Origin: Neocallimastix sp. 'constans'
Lineage: Eukaryota
Reading direction: 5' to 3'
NCBI GenBank assembly: GCA_050613775.1
Contig: JBODTK010000112.1
Location: forward strand, 372,001-436,000
DNA: 64,000 bases
The notes under the pieces are model-generated. The model saw only the letters and a program-made list of their open reading frames with translations, did not search any database and was not told the origin of the DNA. How positions within the stretch are numbered: position 1 is the stretch's first letter; each line of letters starts with the position of its first letter. Shown here piece after piece: positions 13,783 to 26,030 of this stretch. Position numbers and translations under genes: made by a program.

Positions 13783-16119
13783 TTAGTAAAGTTTGTAAGC
13801 TCTTTTTCTAAGAACTTCTTCTTCTTCAACTGAATCAGTTTCATCAGCGCTATCTTCAGCTTCTTCAACTTCGGCATCAACTTCATTATCATTTTCATCA
13901 GCACTATCTTCGGCATCTTCATCAGTATCAACATCAGCATCACCAGCAACTTCTTCTTCATCAGAATCACAATAATTAGCAGCTGGAACAGTAGTTTTAA
14001 GTGGTAAGTCTCTAGCATTGGAACCTGCGAAAACTGTATATTCACCTTCTTCTGGTTGAACGAATTCCATGGCATCAACATCAAAGTATGAAAGATCATG
14101 ATTATCAACTAAGATATTAACTTCTTTACTTTCACCAGCTTCTAACATAACTTTATCGAATCCCTTGAATAAACGAGATGGATAATCTTTAACAACATCT
14201 GGGAATGAAAGGAAAATCATTGGAACAGCTGCACCTGCAACATCACCAGTATTAGTAACAGTTAAAGTAACATGAAGACCATCTTCTTCCATTTCTGCTT
14301 CTAAATTAGAATATTCAAAAGTAGTATAAGATAAACCATAACCGAAAGCAAAGGTTGGTTCAATTCCTTGTTTATCGAACCAGCGATAACCAATGAAAAG
14401 ACCTTCATCGTAATCATATTGTGTCATTTTTTCACCACCACCTGGAAGACCTGCATCATATTTAACATCAGTTGGATAATCTTCACGAGGTGCCCAAGTG
14501 TATGGTAAATGACCTGATGGATTAACATCTCCGAATAAAACATCAGTAATAGCATGACCTGTTTCTTGACCTGGCATACCAGCGAAAATAATACCTTTAA
14601 CCTTATCCAAGAATGGAACATTAACTGGTCCTGGAGCATGAATAACAACAATGGTATTTTTATTAACTGAAGCAACAGCATCAATTAATTCATTACCTCC
14701 ATGCCATAAATCTAAGTTACGACGATCCCCTTTATTTCCTTCAACAGTAATATATTCTTCACCAGAATCAGCTTGAACGAAAACAATAGCTAAATCTGCA
14801 TCTTTAGCAACTTCTGCTCCAGCTTCAGCATCATCTTCACCAGAACTAACAATTTCAATGTTATCCTTCTTAGCTCTTTCAGTAATAGCTGAAAGTGGAT
14901 CAATTACGTATTTGAAATCGGTAGTACCGGATCCCCAACCAAGAGCAAGAGTACCATCAGCACAATTCATATCATCACAGAATTTAGTTGGCATAGAATC
15001 TTTACCGATAACTGCAATCTTCTTGACTCCCTTAATTGGAAGAACTGATTCATCATTCTTTAATAAGACATTACTATCAGCACCAACCTTTCTATTAAGA
15101 GCAATGTTTTCATCAGTAAGAGTATCAACATATAAGTTAACATCTGGGAAGTTTTCCATTTGTCCAGCTTTATATAATGAACGAATAATACGTAAAGCTG
15201 CATCATCTAATCTTTCTTGTGGGAAAACACCATTATCAATACATTCTTGAATATGTTCACCCCAATAACTATTTCCAATAAAGTTTGGACCCCATTGTTT
15301 ACCTCCTGGCATATTCATATCCATACCAGCTCCGAAACTCTTTTCAACATCATAAATAGCCCACCAATCTGACATAACCATTCCTTGGAAATCCATCTTT
15401 CCTTTCAAATAATCAGTTAATAATCTTTTGTTTTGGACAGAATAAGTTCCATTAACAGCATTATAAGCTGCCATAATCGAATTAACAGAACCATCATTAA
15501 CTGCACGATAGAAAGGCTCCATGTAAACTTCCCAGAGAGCTTGTTCTGGAATATTAGAAGAGGAAGCACCACGATTGTTTTCTTGATCATTACCAACAAA
15601 GTGTTTAGCAGTAGCAATAACACCTTGAGATTGAATACCTTTAATAACTTCTATACCACATTGTCCAGCAAGGAATGGATCTTCACCATAACTTTCCCAG
15701 ATTCTACCTGAAGCTGGTGCACGTTGAATATTCATTCCTGGTGCAAGTGCAAAATTGATACCTCTTTGATAGAATTCATTACCTTGAGCTTCTCCTACCT
15801 TACGAAGTAAAGCTCTATCGAATGTAGAAGCAGTATTAATTGCTGCTTGCCATGAAGTAGCTGTACCTTTAGCAAATCTAACACCAGCTGGTCCATCTTG
15901 AAGGCAAAGACCTTTAAATCCTTTTCTTTCAATTGGATCAATAGAACCCACACAAACTCCTGTCATATTTTCTCTACCTGTAACTAAACTGATTTTTTCT
16001 TCATTAGTTAAATCGGCACACCATTCTCTAGCCTTAGCATCAGCTTCTTCCCAAGTCATAGCTAAAGACTTAGTAGCAAAAAGGAAAGCAACTGTAGATA
16101 AAACACTTGTGAATTTCAT
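13783..16119 (-). CDS. Secreted GH3 beta-glucosidase, copy 1 (778 aa, intronless)
   Basis: Signal peptide MKFTSVLSTVAFLFATKSLA; GH3 motifs LQDGPAGVR, GRIWESYGEDP, AKHF and MSDWW (catalytic Asp); C-terminal domain with FAFGYGLSYTTF; Fn3-like domain; acidic tail. Confidence 0.96.
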   Translation of the reverse strand: MKFTSVLSTVAFLFATKSLAMTWEEADAKAREWCADLTNEEKISLVTGRENMTGVCVGSIDPIERKGFKGLCLQDGPAGVRFAKGTATSWQAAINTASTFDRALLRKVGEAQGNEFYQRGINFALAPGMNIQRAPASGRIWESYGEDPFLAGQCGIEVIKGIQSQGVIATAKHFVGNDQENNRGASSSNIPEQALWEVYMEPFYRAVNDGSVNSIMAAYNAVNGTYSVQNKRLLTDYLKGKMDFQGMVMSDWWAIYDVEKSFGAGMDMNMPGGKQWGPNFIGNSYWGEHIQECIDNGVFPQERLDDAALRIIRSLYKAGQMENFPDVNLYVDTLTDENIALNRKVGADSNVLLKNDESVLPIKGVKKIAVIGKDSMPTKFCDDMNCADGTLALGWGSGTTDFKYVIDPLSAITERAKKDNIEIVSSGEDDAEAGAEVAKDADLAIVFVQADSGEEYITVEGNKGDRRNLDLWHGGNELIDAVASVNKNTIVVIHAPGPVNVPFLDKVKGIIFAGMPGQETGHAITDVLFGDVNPSGHLPYTWAPREDYPTDVKYDAGLPGGGEKMTQYDYDEGLFIGYRWFDKQGIEPTFAFGYGLSYTTFEYSNLEAEMEEDGLHVTLTVTNTGDVAGAAVPMIFLSFPDVVKDYPSRLFKGFDKVMLEAGESKEVNILVDNHDLSYFDVDAMEFVQPEEGEYTVFAGSNARDLPLKTTVPAANYCDSDEEEVAGDADVDTDEDAEDSADENDNEVDAEVEEAEDSADETDSVEEEEVLRKRAYKLY

Positions 16120-17882
16120 TTTTACTAAATATTATAATTAAAAATTTATGTTTTTATATTTAGATTTATTTATATTTTTACTTTAATTTAATTTATTTTA
16201 TTTAATATAATTTTATTTTATTTTATTTAAGATTTTTTATTTATTTATTTAATAATCAATATTAAGTAAATTCAATATATTTTTATTATTATCTAATGAA
16301 ATTATATATATATATATATTTTAGTTATTTTATTCTTAAAATATATTTATTTAAATATATTTTTGATGAACAAAAAAAAAAAAAAAAAATGAATGAAAAT
16401 CTTTTCATTTTATATAAATTTTTTTTTTTATTTAAATTTGACCACAAAATATTTTAATATAAAATAATATATTTTTAATTAAAAAGGAAAATTTATAAAA
16501 TTAAAGTAATAAATAAAATAATACATTAAAAGCAATTTATTATACAAAGATACTTTATCATTTTTGTAATTATGAATGTTTTAATAAATATATAATAATG
16601 AAACTGTAATTAATATTATATAATTAAAGCCTTTTTTAATTTTAACTATAATATTTGAATATGTAAAAAATATTAAAATTGATAATATTAAATACTAAAA
16701 AAATATATATTTAAAATTTTATAATTATAATAATAATAATACTAATCATAATAGTAATAATATTAAAAAATAATAAAAATTATATGTTACACAAAAATAT
16801 TAATTTTATAATATTTAAATTTTTTATAAATTATCCCTGTTTCTTCTTTAAATTTAAAATTATGGTAATAAAAAAATATTAATGCAAAAATAATAAACTT
16901 CCGGTATTTTAGCCATAATTTAAAATTATAAATTAATCTAAAATCGTATCATGTTTTAAAAAATTTTATATATATATTTAATTGAATAATATGGAGATTT
17001 TATATTAAATTTAAGGATACAAAAACAAAATTAAAATATAAATAAAAATATAAAATTATTAATGAAAATGAAAAGATAAACGATAACAATAATAACAATA
17101 ATAATAATAATAATAATAATGATAATAATAGTAGTAGTAGTAATTGTAATTATTATTATTATTATTATAATAATTAATAATAATAGTAATAATTTTAAAA
17201 ACAGTAATAAAATTTATAAAAATAATAATTAAATTAAAATAATTTATTCTTTTTAGTAATATAAATAATTTAATAAAATATGATATATTTAAGATTCAAG
17301 CAATTAATAAAATAAGAAATATATATTTATTTTTATATAATTAATAAGAATAATAATTTTTGAGATAGATAAAAATATAAAATAAATTATTAAATAATAG
17401 TTTATTTATTATTTAAAAGCTTTATTTTAATTATTATAAATTGAATTTTTAAAATATTAAATATATTATATATAAAATTTAAGTTTTATTTAATATTTAA
17501 ATTTTTAATAAAATAATGTATTATAAGTAAATACTATGTTTATAGTATTTACTTATTATTTTATGTGTATTTATATTATGTCGAACGTATGTTAAATATA
17601 ATTCTAAACAATATTATTTTTATATAGTTAAATAATAAATAAGATATAGAAAATAATAAAAATAATCCTAATAATCATTAATAAGATTAGAAGCTCAAAA
17701 ATAAAAATATAAAAAAATAAGAAAAATATATAAAATGAAATGAAGATAAAAAATTTATAAAAATATTTATGAATAAATGGTTAGAATTATTAAAAAATTA
17801 AAATAAACAAGAAGACAATTTTCAAAAATATAATCATAACAATTCTTTTATTTAATATTTTGTATTTTAATATTATCAAAAA

Positions 17883-17926
<44 letters not shown>

Positions 17927-19115
17927 TAAATTATGATATTATTATTTAATGAATCTATATACACACACCTATATATATACTTCAGTTGTTTTGCACTTCG
18001 ATGTATTTATTTAAATATATAGAAATGAAAATTTTTTTATTTGATATGTTTTTTTTTTTTTTTTTTTTTTTCAAAAAAAAAAAAATTTTAGCAAATAATT
18101 TTAAATTGATGTAGTTTTATGATGATATTTAATAAATTTTTAATTTTTAGGGAAATTTTCAAAATATTAATTTTATTTTATTTAATATTATTAAAGTTTT
18201 ATTTAAGTACTAGTGTTTAAATTGTTATTTATTAATTTTAAACTATTTATATTATATAATGGTTTATTAATTATTTAAATTACTAATATTAATATAAAAA
18301 ATGATAAAAAATACTGATATGGAAAATTTAAATGGATTAAAATAAAAAATAAAAAAATATTATGTTACATAATATTTTAATGAATTAAAGTAAATCTTTG
18401 ATATTGTTTTAATTATATTAAATATGTTTTAATAGATTAAACATTAAAATAATAATATTAATAAAAAATGCCGTTAGTCTATAAAAAATAATTTATCCTT
18501 ATATTCTTAATATTTTTAATTAAAAATAATTATTAATTTATATAAATATATGGAATAATAAAATAATAGCATATGATATTATAGATGGTTGTAACAACTT
18601 TCCTTAACTTTCTAAATCTGTTAATATTATATGTACAAAGAAATTACTCATAATTAATATATTTGATTAGAAAATCATATGGCACTAAGAAGGGATATTG
18701 AATTAACATAATACATAAAAGTATTTTTTACTATTAATTATCTCATTAAAGAAATTATAAACTTAAGTGTTTTCTTTCAATCTCTTATCTTAACCTGGAA
18801 AACTTATGTGTCCTTTCTTCTATCAGACATACTATTTAAATATAAACGTTCTAGTTACAAAAAAAGTGAAGTCAATTAAAATCAATTAAAATCAATTAAT
18901 AGAAAAAGAACAAATAAGACATTAATTACTAATTAATAAATAATTTTTTTAATATATTGAAAAAAGAAAAAATTTAAAATTATTAATACGGCAATTTCAT
19001 TGAATATAACAAAAATAATATTATAATAATTTAGGTAAGTTAGTTTCTTATATCATTAATTTGTCAGCTTCAATATGATTGATAAAAGAACAAATCTTTT
19101 TTTTTTTAATTTTTT

Positions 19116-19155
<40 letters not shown>

Positions 19156-20924
19156 AAATTGTAGTTTTACTCATTTGTAAAAATAGCAGTTTCATTAATA
19201 ATAGTAATCTTAAGACTTAATGTATTTAATAATATTTAATATAATTTATTTTTTATAATTAAAATTATAATAGATATTATTTTTTATACTTTTATATTTA
19301 TTATTTTATATTATAAATAAATATTAATTATTTTTTATATTTGTATTTAAATTAAATTATCATTATCTTAAAATAATAATGATAATTAAAATTTTTATTT
19401 TAATTTATAGTATTTCAAATTAACTTGTATGTAAGGAAAAATATAATAAATAAAAATAAGAATAAATGAAAAAAAGTTAAAAATGTAAATTTATAATAAA
19501 ATCATATTATATATATATATATCATATATTTTTTTGGAATTTAATACAGAAATAAATAAATATTAATAATTATTAATATTAATAAATAAGTTAAAATTAA
19601 ATAAATAAATTCAATAATAGATAAATAAATATTCTTTATCACATTTTATTATTTTAATGGTTAAATTAATTGATATAATTATTATATTATATTTTTATTT
19701 TTTTATCTTTATTTTTAATTTTTTTCAATTTGTCGTTTTTAATAATTATAATTGAGTTATTTTTACTAATTTTTATCCAATTTTAATATATATTTATTTC
19801 TTTTACCGATTATGTAAAAAAAATATAATATGTAATAACAGATTACTAAGATGATTCCACAAGTCCCATATAGATAGAAATCATAACTTTGTAACCTCAG
19901 TTGTATCAAAAAGACTTTCCCTTGCCTACTTATTCATCCAACTCTGATACTACGATACGATCAGATCATAAACCTTGATGATATCTCCAGTTAATTCTAA
20001 ATTAGAGGAGGCAAGTTCCAATACGCCAATGATAACGCCCATTGGGAGGAGTGAATGATTCTCATTCCGATGCTGGTGGTCAATGGAGATATTTGTAGGA
20101 ATAAATATGGAATTCAGCTCCGAGCAGACGTGTAACGACTTGTTGTATTAGGTTAATTCAATATCCATTCTCAGTATTATATGATTTCCTAATCAAATAT
20201 ATAAAGTATGAGTAATTTCTTTGTACATATAATATTAACAAATTTAGAAAATTTAGGAAAGGTGTTACAACCATCAATAATATCTGCTATTATTTAATTA
20301 TTCTATATTTTTGTATAAATTAATAATTATTTTTAATTGGATGAAATTATTTTTTCATAGACAAATGGCATTTTTTATTAATATTATTATTTTAATGTTT
20401 TATCTATTAAAACATATTTAATATAATTAAAACAATATCAAAATTTGTATAATTATTAAAATATTATTGAAAGTGTAATAAGGATAAAAATAATTTGATA
20501 ATTCGTGTAACATAATATTTTTTATTTTTATTTCAATTCATTTAAATTTTCCATATCAGTATTTTTTATCATTTATTATATTGATATTAGTAATTTAAAT
20601 AATAAACTTTTATATAATATAAATAGTTTAAAATTAATATTATAACAATTTAAATATTAGTACTTAATTTAAACTTTAATAATATTAAATAAAATAGAAT
20701 TAATATTTTAAAATTTTCCCTAAAAATTAAAAATTTATTGAATATCATCATAAAACTACATTGACTAAGGATTTTTAGTCAAATTTATAAAAAAAAAAAA
20801 AAAAAAAAACATATAAACTATAAAATTTTCATTTCTATATTTAAATAAATATATTATATGTGTAAAACAGCTGAAGTATATATATGTGTATATATTTAGA
20901 TTCATTATATAATTACATAATTTA

Positions 20925-20972
<48 letters not shown>

Positions 20973-22676
20973 GAAAATATTAAAATATAAAGTATTAAAT
21001 AAAAGTACTATATTTATGAATATTTTCTTACTTTCTGTTTTATTTTAATTTCTATAATTTTAATTATTTATTAATAAATATTTATTAAATTTTTTATCGT
21101 AATTTCATTTTTTATATTTCTCTTACTTTTTACATTTTTATTTTTGAACATTTTTATCGTATTAATTATTATCGGGATTATTTTTATTATTTTCTGTATC
21201 TTTTTTAATATTAAACAATATAAAAATAATATTGTATAGGATTATGTTTAATATAATAACGACAAAATATAAATTTACATATAATAATAAGTAAATACTA
21301 TTAACATAAAACTTAAAATTTTATATATAATATATTTAATATTTTAAAAATTCAATTTATAATAATTAAAATAAAGCTTTTAAATAATAAATAAACTATT
21401 ATTTAATAATTTATTTTATATTTTTATCTATCTCAAAAATTATTATTCTTATTAATTATATAAAAATAAATATATATTTCTTATTTTATTAATTGCTTGA
21501 ATCTTAAATATATCATATTTTATTAAATTATTTATATTACTAAAAAGAATAAATTATTTTAATTTAATTATTATTTTTATAAATTTTATTACTGTTTTTA
21601 AAATTATTACTATTATTATTAATTATTATAATAATAATAATAATAATTACAATTACTACTACTACTATTATTATCATTATTATTATTATTATTATTATTG
21701 TTATTATTGTTATCGTTTATCTTTTCATTTTCATTAATAATTTTATATTTTTATTTATATTTTAATTTTGTTTTTGTATCCTTAAATTTAATATAAAATC
21801 TCCATATTATTCAATTAAATATATATATAAAATTTTTTAAAACATGATACGATTTTAGATTAATTTATAATTTTAAATTATGGCTAAAATACCGGAAGTT
21901 TATTATTTTTGCATTAATATTTTTTTATTACCATAATTTTAAATTTAAAGAAGAAACAGGGATAATTTATAAAAAATTTAAATATTATAAAATTAATATT
22001 TTTGTGTAACATATAATTTTTATTATTTTTTAATATTATTACTATTATGATTAGTATTATTATTATTATAATTATAAAATTTTAAATATATATTTTTTTA
22101 GTATTTAATATTATCAATTTTAATATTTTTTACATATTCAAATATTATAGTTAAAATTAAAAAAGGCTTTAATTATATAATATTAATTACAGTTTCATTA
22201 TTATATATTTATTAAAACATTCATAATTACAAAAATGATAAAGTATCTTTGTATAATAAATTGCTTTTAATGTATTATTTTATTTATTACTTTAATTTTA
22301 TAAATTTTCCTTTTTAATTAAAAATATATTATTTTATATTAAAATATTTTGTGGTCAAATTTAAATAAAAAAAAAAATTTATATAAAATGAAAAGATTTT
22401 CATTCATTTTTTTTTTTTTTTTTTGTTCATCAAAAATATATTTAAATAAATATATTTTAAGAATAAAATAACTAAAATATATATATATATATAATTTCAT
22501 TAGATAATAATAAAAATATATTGAATTTACTTAATATTGATTATTAAATAAATAAATAAAAAATCTTAAATAAAATAAAATAAAATTATATTAAATAAAA
22601 TAAATTAAATTAAAGTAAAAATATAAATAAATCTAAATATAAAAACATAAATTTTTAATTATAATATTTAGTAAAA

Positions 22677-25013
22677 ATGAAATTCACAAGTGTTTTATCT
22701 ACAGTTGCTTTCCTTTTTGCTACTAAGTCTTTAGCTATGACTTGGGAAGAAGCTGATGCTAAGGCTAGAGAATGGTGTGCCGATTTAACTAATGAAGAAA
22801 AAATCAGTTTAGTTACAGGTAGAGAAAATATGACAGGAGTTTGTGTGGGTTCTATTGATCCAATTGAAAGAAAAGGATTTAAAGGTCTTTGCCTTCAAGA
22901 TGGACCAGCTGGTGTTAGATTTGCTAAAGGTACAGCTACTTCATGGCAAGCAGCAATTAATACTGCTTCTACATTCGATAGAGCTTTACTTCGTAAGGTA
23001 GGAGAAGCTCAAGGTAATGAATTCTATCAAAGAGGTATCAATTTTGCACTTGCACCAGGAATGAATATTCAACGTGCACCAGCTTCAGGTAGAATCTGGG
23101 AAAGTTATGGTGAAGATCCATTCCTTGCTGGACAATGTGGTATAGAAGTTATTAAAGGTATTCAATCTCAAGGTGTTATTGCTACTGCTAAACACTTTGT
23201 TGGTAATGATCAAGAAAACAATCGTGGTGCTTCCTCTTCTAATATTCCAGAACAAGCTCTCTGGGAAGTTTACATGGAGCCTTTCTATCGTGCAGTTAAT
23301 GATGGTTCTGTTAATTCGATTATGGCAGCTTATAATGCTGTTAATGGAACTTATTCTGTCCAAAACAAAAGATTATTAACTGATTATTTGAAAGGAAAGA
23401 TGGATTTCCAAGGAATGGTTATGTCAGATTGGTGGGCTATTTATGATGTTGAAAAGAGTTTCGGAGCTGGTATGGATATGAATATGCCAGGAGGTAAACA
23501 ATGGGGTCCAAACTTTATTGGAAATAGTTATTGGGGTGAACATATTCAAGAATGTATTGATAATGGTGTTTTCCCACAAGAAAGATTAGATGATGCAGCT
23601 TTACGTATTATTCGTTCATTATATAAAGCTGGACAAATGGAAAACTTCCCAGATGTTAACTTATATGTTGATACTCTTACTGATGAAAACATTGCTCTTA
23701 ATAGAAAGGTTGGTGCTGATAGTAATGTCTTATTAAAGAATGATGAATCAGTTCTTCCAATTAAGGGAGTCAAGAAGATTGCAGTTATCGGTAAAGATTC
23801 TATGCCAACTAAATTCTGTGATGATATGAATTGTGCTGATGGTACTCTTGCTCTTGGTTGGGGATCCGGTACTACCGATTTCAAATACGTAATTGATCCA
23901 CTTTCAGCTATTACTGAAAGAGCTAAGAAGGATAACATTGAAATTGTTAGTTCTGGTGAAGATGATGCTGAAGCTGGAGCAGAAGTTGCTAAAGATGCAG
24001 ATTTAGCTATTGTTTTCGTTCAAGCTGATTCTGGTGAAGAATATATTACTGTTGAAGGAAATAAAGGGGATCGTCGTAACTTAGATTTATGGCATGGAGG
24101 TAATGAATTAATTGATGCTGTTGCTTCAGTTAATAAAAATACCATTGTTGTTATTCATGCTCCAGGACCAGTTAATGTTCCATTCTTGGATAAGGTTAAA
24201 GGTATTATTTTCGCTGGTATGCCAGGTCAAGAAACAGGTCATGCTATTACTGATGTTTTATTCGGAGATGTTAATCCATCAGGTCATTTACCATACACTT
24301 GGGCACCTCGTGAAGATTATCCAACTGATGTTAAATATGATGCAGGTCTTCCAGGTGGTGGTGAAAAAATGACACAATATGATTACGATGAAGGTCTTTT
24401 CATTGGTTATCGCTGGTTCGATAAACAAGGAATTGAACCAACCTTTGCTTTCGGTTATGGTTTATCTTATACTACTTTTGAATATTCTAATTTAGAAGCA
24501 GAAATGGAAGAAGATGGTCTTCATGTTACTTTAACTGTTACTAATACTGGTGATGTTGCAGGTGCAGCTGTTCCAATGATTTTCCTTTCATTCCCAGATG
24601 TTGTTAAAGATTATCCATCTCGTTTATTCAAGGGATTCGATAAAGTTATGTTAGAAGCTGGTGAAAGTAAAGAAGTTAATATCTTAGTTGATAATCATGA
24701 TCTTTCATACTTTGATGTTGATGCCATGGAATTCGTTCAACCAGAAGAAGGTGAATATACAGTTTTCGCAGGTTCCAATGCTAGAGACTTACCACTTAAA
24801 ACTACTGTTCCAGCTGCTAATTATTGTGATTCTGATGAAGAAGAAGTTGCTGGTGATGCTGATGTTGATACTGATGAAGATGCCGAAGATAGTGCTGATG
24901 AAAATGATAATGAAGTTGATGCCGAAGTTGAAGAAGCTGAAGATAGCGCTGATGAAACTGATTCAGTTGAAGAAGAAGAAGTTCTTAGAAAAAGAGCTTA
25001 CAAACTTTACTAA
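22677..25013 (+). CDS. Secreted GH3 beta-glucosidase, copy 2 (protein identical to copy 1)
   Basis: Same 778-aa translation as 13783-16119. Confidence 0.96.
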   Translation: MKFTSVLSTVAFLFATKSLAMTWEEADAKAREWCADLTNEEKISLVTGRENMTGVCVGSIDPIERKGFKGLCLQDGPAGVRFAKGTATSWQAAINTASTFDRALLRKVGEAQGNEFYQRGINFALAPGMNIQRAPASGRIWESYGEDPFLAGQCGIEVIKGIQSQGVIATAKHFVGNDQENNRGASSSNIPEQALWEVYMEPFYRAVNDGSVNSIMAAYNAVNGTYSVQNKRLLTDYLKGKMDFQGMVMSDWWAIYDVEKSFGAGMDMNMPGGKQWGPNFIGNSYWGEHIQECIDNGVFPQERLDDAALRIIRSLYKAGQMENFPDVNLYVDTLTDENIALNRKVGADSNVLLKNDESVLPIKGVKKIAVIGKDSMPTKFCDDMNCADGTLALGWGSGTTDFKYVIDPLSAITERAKKDNIEIVSSGEDDAEAGAEVAKDADLAIVFVQADSGEEYITVEGNKGDRRNLDLWHGGNELIDAVASVNKNTIVVIHAPGPVNVPFLDKVKGIIFAGMPGQETGHAITDVLFGDVNPSGHLPYTWAPREDYPTDVKYDAGLPGGGEKMTQYDYDEGLFIGYRWFDKQGIEPTFAFGYGLSYTTFEYSNLEAEMEEDGLHVTLTVTNTGDVAGAAVPMIFLSFPDVVKDYPSRLFKGFDKVMLEAGESKEVNILVDNHDLSYFDVDAMEFVQPEEGEYTVFAGSNARDLPLKTTVPAANYCDSDEEEVAGDADVDTDEDAEDSADENDNEVDAEVEEAEDSADETDSVEEEEVLRKRAYKLY

Positions 25014-25971
25014 GAAATCTTTAATATTTAAATAATTTAATATTAAAACTTATTTATAATATAAATATATATATAAATAATAAATAATATAATAAAACAA
25101 AAAAAAGATCATTATAAAAATTTTATATATTTACATGTAAAATATAAATATAGAAATAAGCCAGAAAATCAATATATAAAAAAAACAATATAAACAAAAA
25201 AAATGTAGAATAATATTTATTTATAAATAATAATTATAATAATATAATATAAGAAATAAAAAAAAAAAAAATAAATAAAATTAAAAATAATGAAATTTAA
25301 AAATTAAAAAATAAATGATACTATAAATAATTTTTAATTTTTTTTAAAATATATATAGTTATATTAATTTAAATAATTTATTTATTTATTTATTTATTTA
25401 TTTTTTTATTTATTAATTTTTATATAATCTTATTATTATTATTATTAGTATTTTATGTATATCATTATAAATTTAAAACTTAGAGAACATTAAATTATAA
25501 TATTGTTTTATTTCTATTTGTATAATTTAAATTGTTTGATATAATTATAGTATTATATTCTTATTTTTGTATCTTTATTTTTAATTTTTTTTTCTATTTG
25601 TAATTTTTACCTTTATAATTATTAATTTTGTTATTATAACTAATTTTTATGCAATATTAATATATATATGTATATTTTTTTCTTTTGTCGATGATATAAA
25701 AAAAATAGTAATAAATAATAACAGATTACAAAGATGATTCCACGAGTCCCATATATATTAATAGAAATCTTAACCTTTTATAAATTTTGAAAATGTTATT
25801 AATTAATTTTTTATTTCTCTCACCTCTTTGAATGATCATATAAATATAAGAAACAAAACTTCATTTTCTAAGGAAAAAGATATTATAATTAATATGTATA
25901 TGTATTTATATTAAGATTAAATAAAAATATGAAAATGAAATGTTTGTAATCATCCTTAAAACCTTCCTTAA

Positions 25972-26030
25972 GGGAAAGATGCATTTCGGAAAATTAGATT
26001 TCTAAAATGTTCAAAAATTTTAACAAATAA
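25972..26030 (+). mobile_element. Degenerate DNA-transposon (probably Mutator-like) terminal repeat remnant
   Basis: GGG...GCATTTCGGAAAATTAGATTTCTAAAATG...AAAATTTTAACAAATA resembles the reverse complement of the terminus at 50762-50827. Confidence 0.4.

Larger units (their letters stand above)
13483..25313. repeat. Large inverted repeat: arms ~13483-18716 and ~20144-25313, spacer ~1.4 kb
   Basis: 13483-17489 is nearly the exact reverse complement of 21307-25313. Visibly diverged homology continues inward, e.g. 18661-18716 versus 20144-20198. Confidence 0.9.

Noticed and set aside
13483..25313. GH3 palindrome as a pure assembly artefact (fold-back read)
   Set aside because: The inner arms are substantially diverged and a unique 1.4-kb spacer exists, which a fold-back artefact would not produce. 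Read-level confirmation is still advisable.
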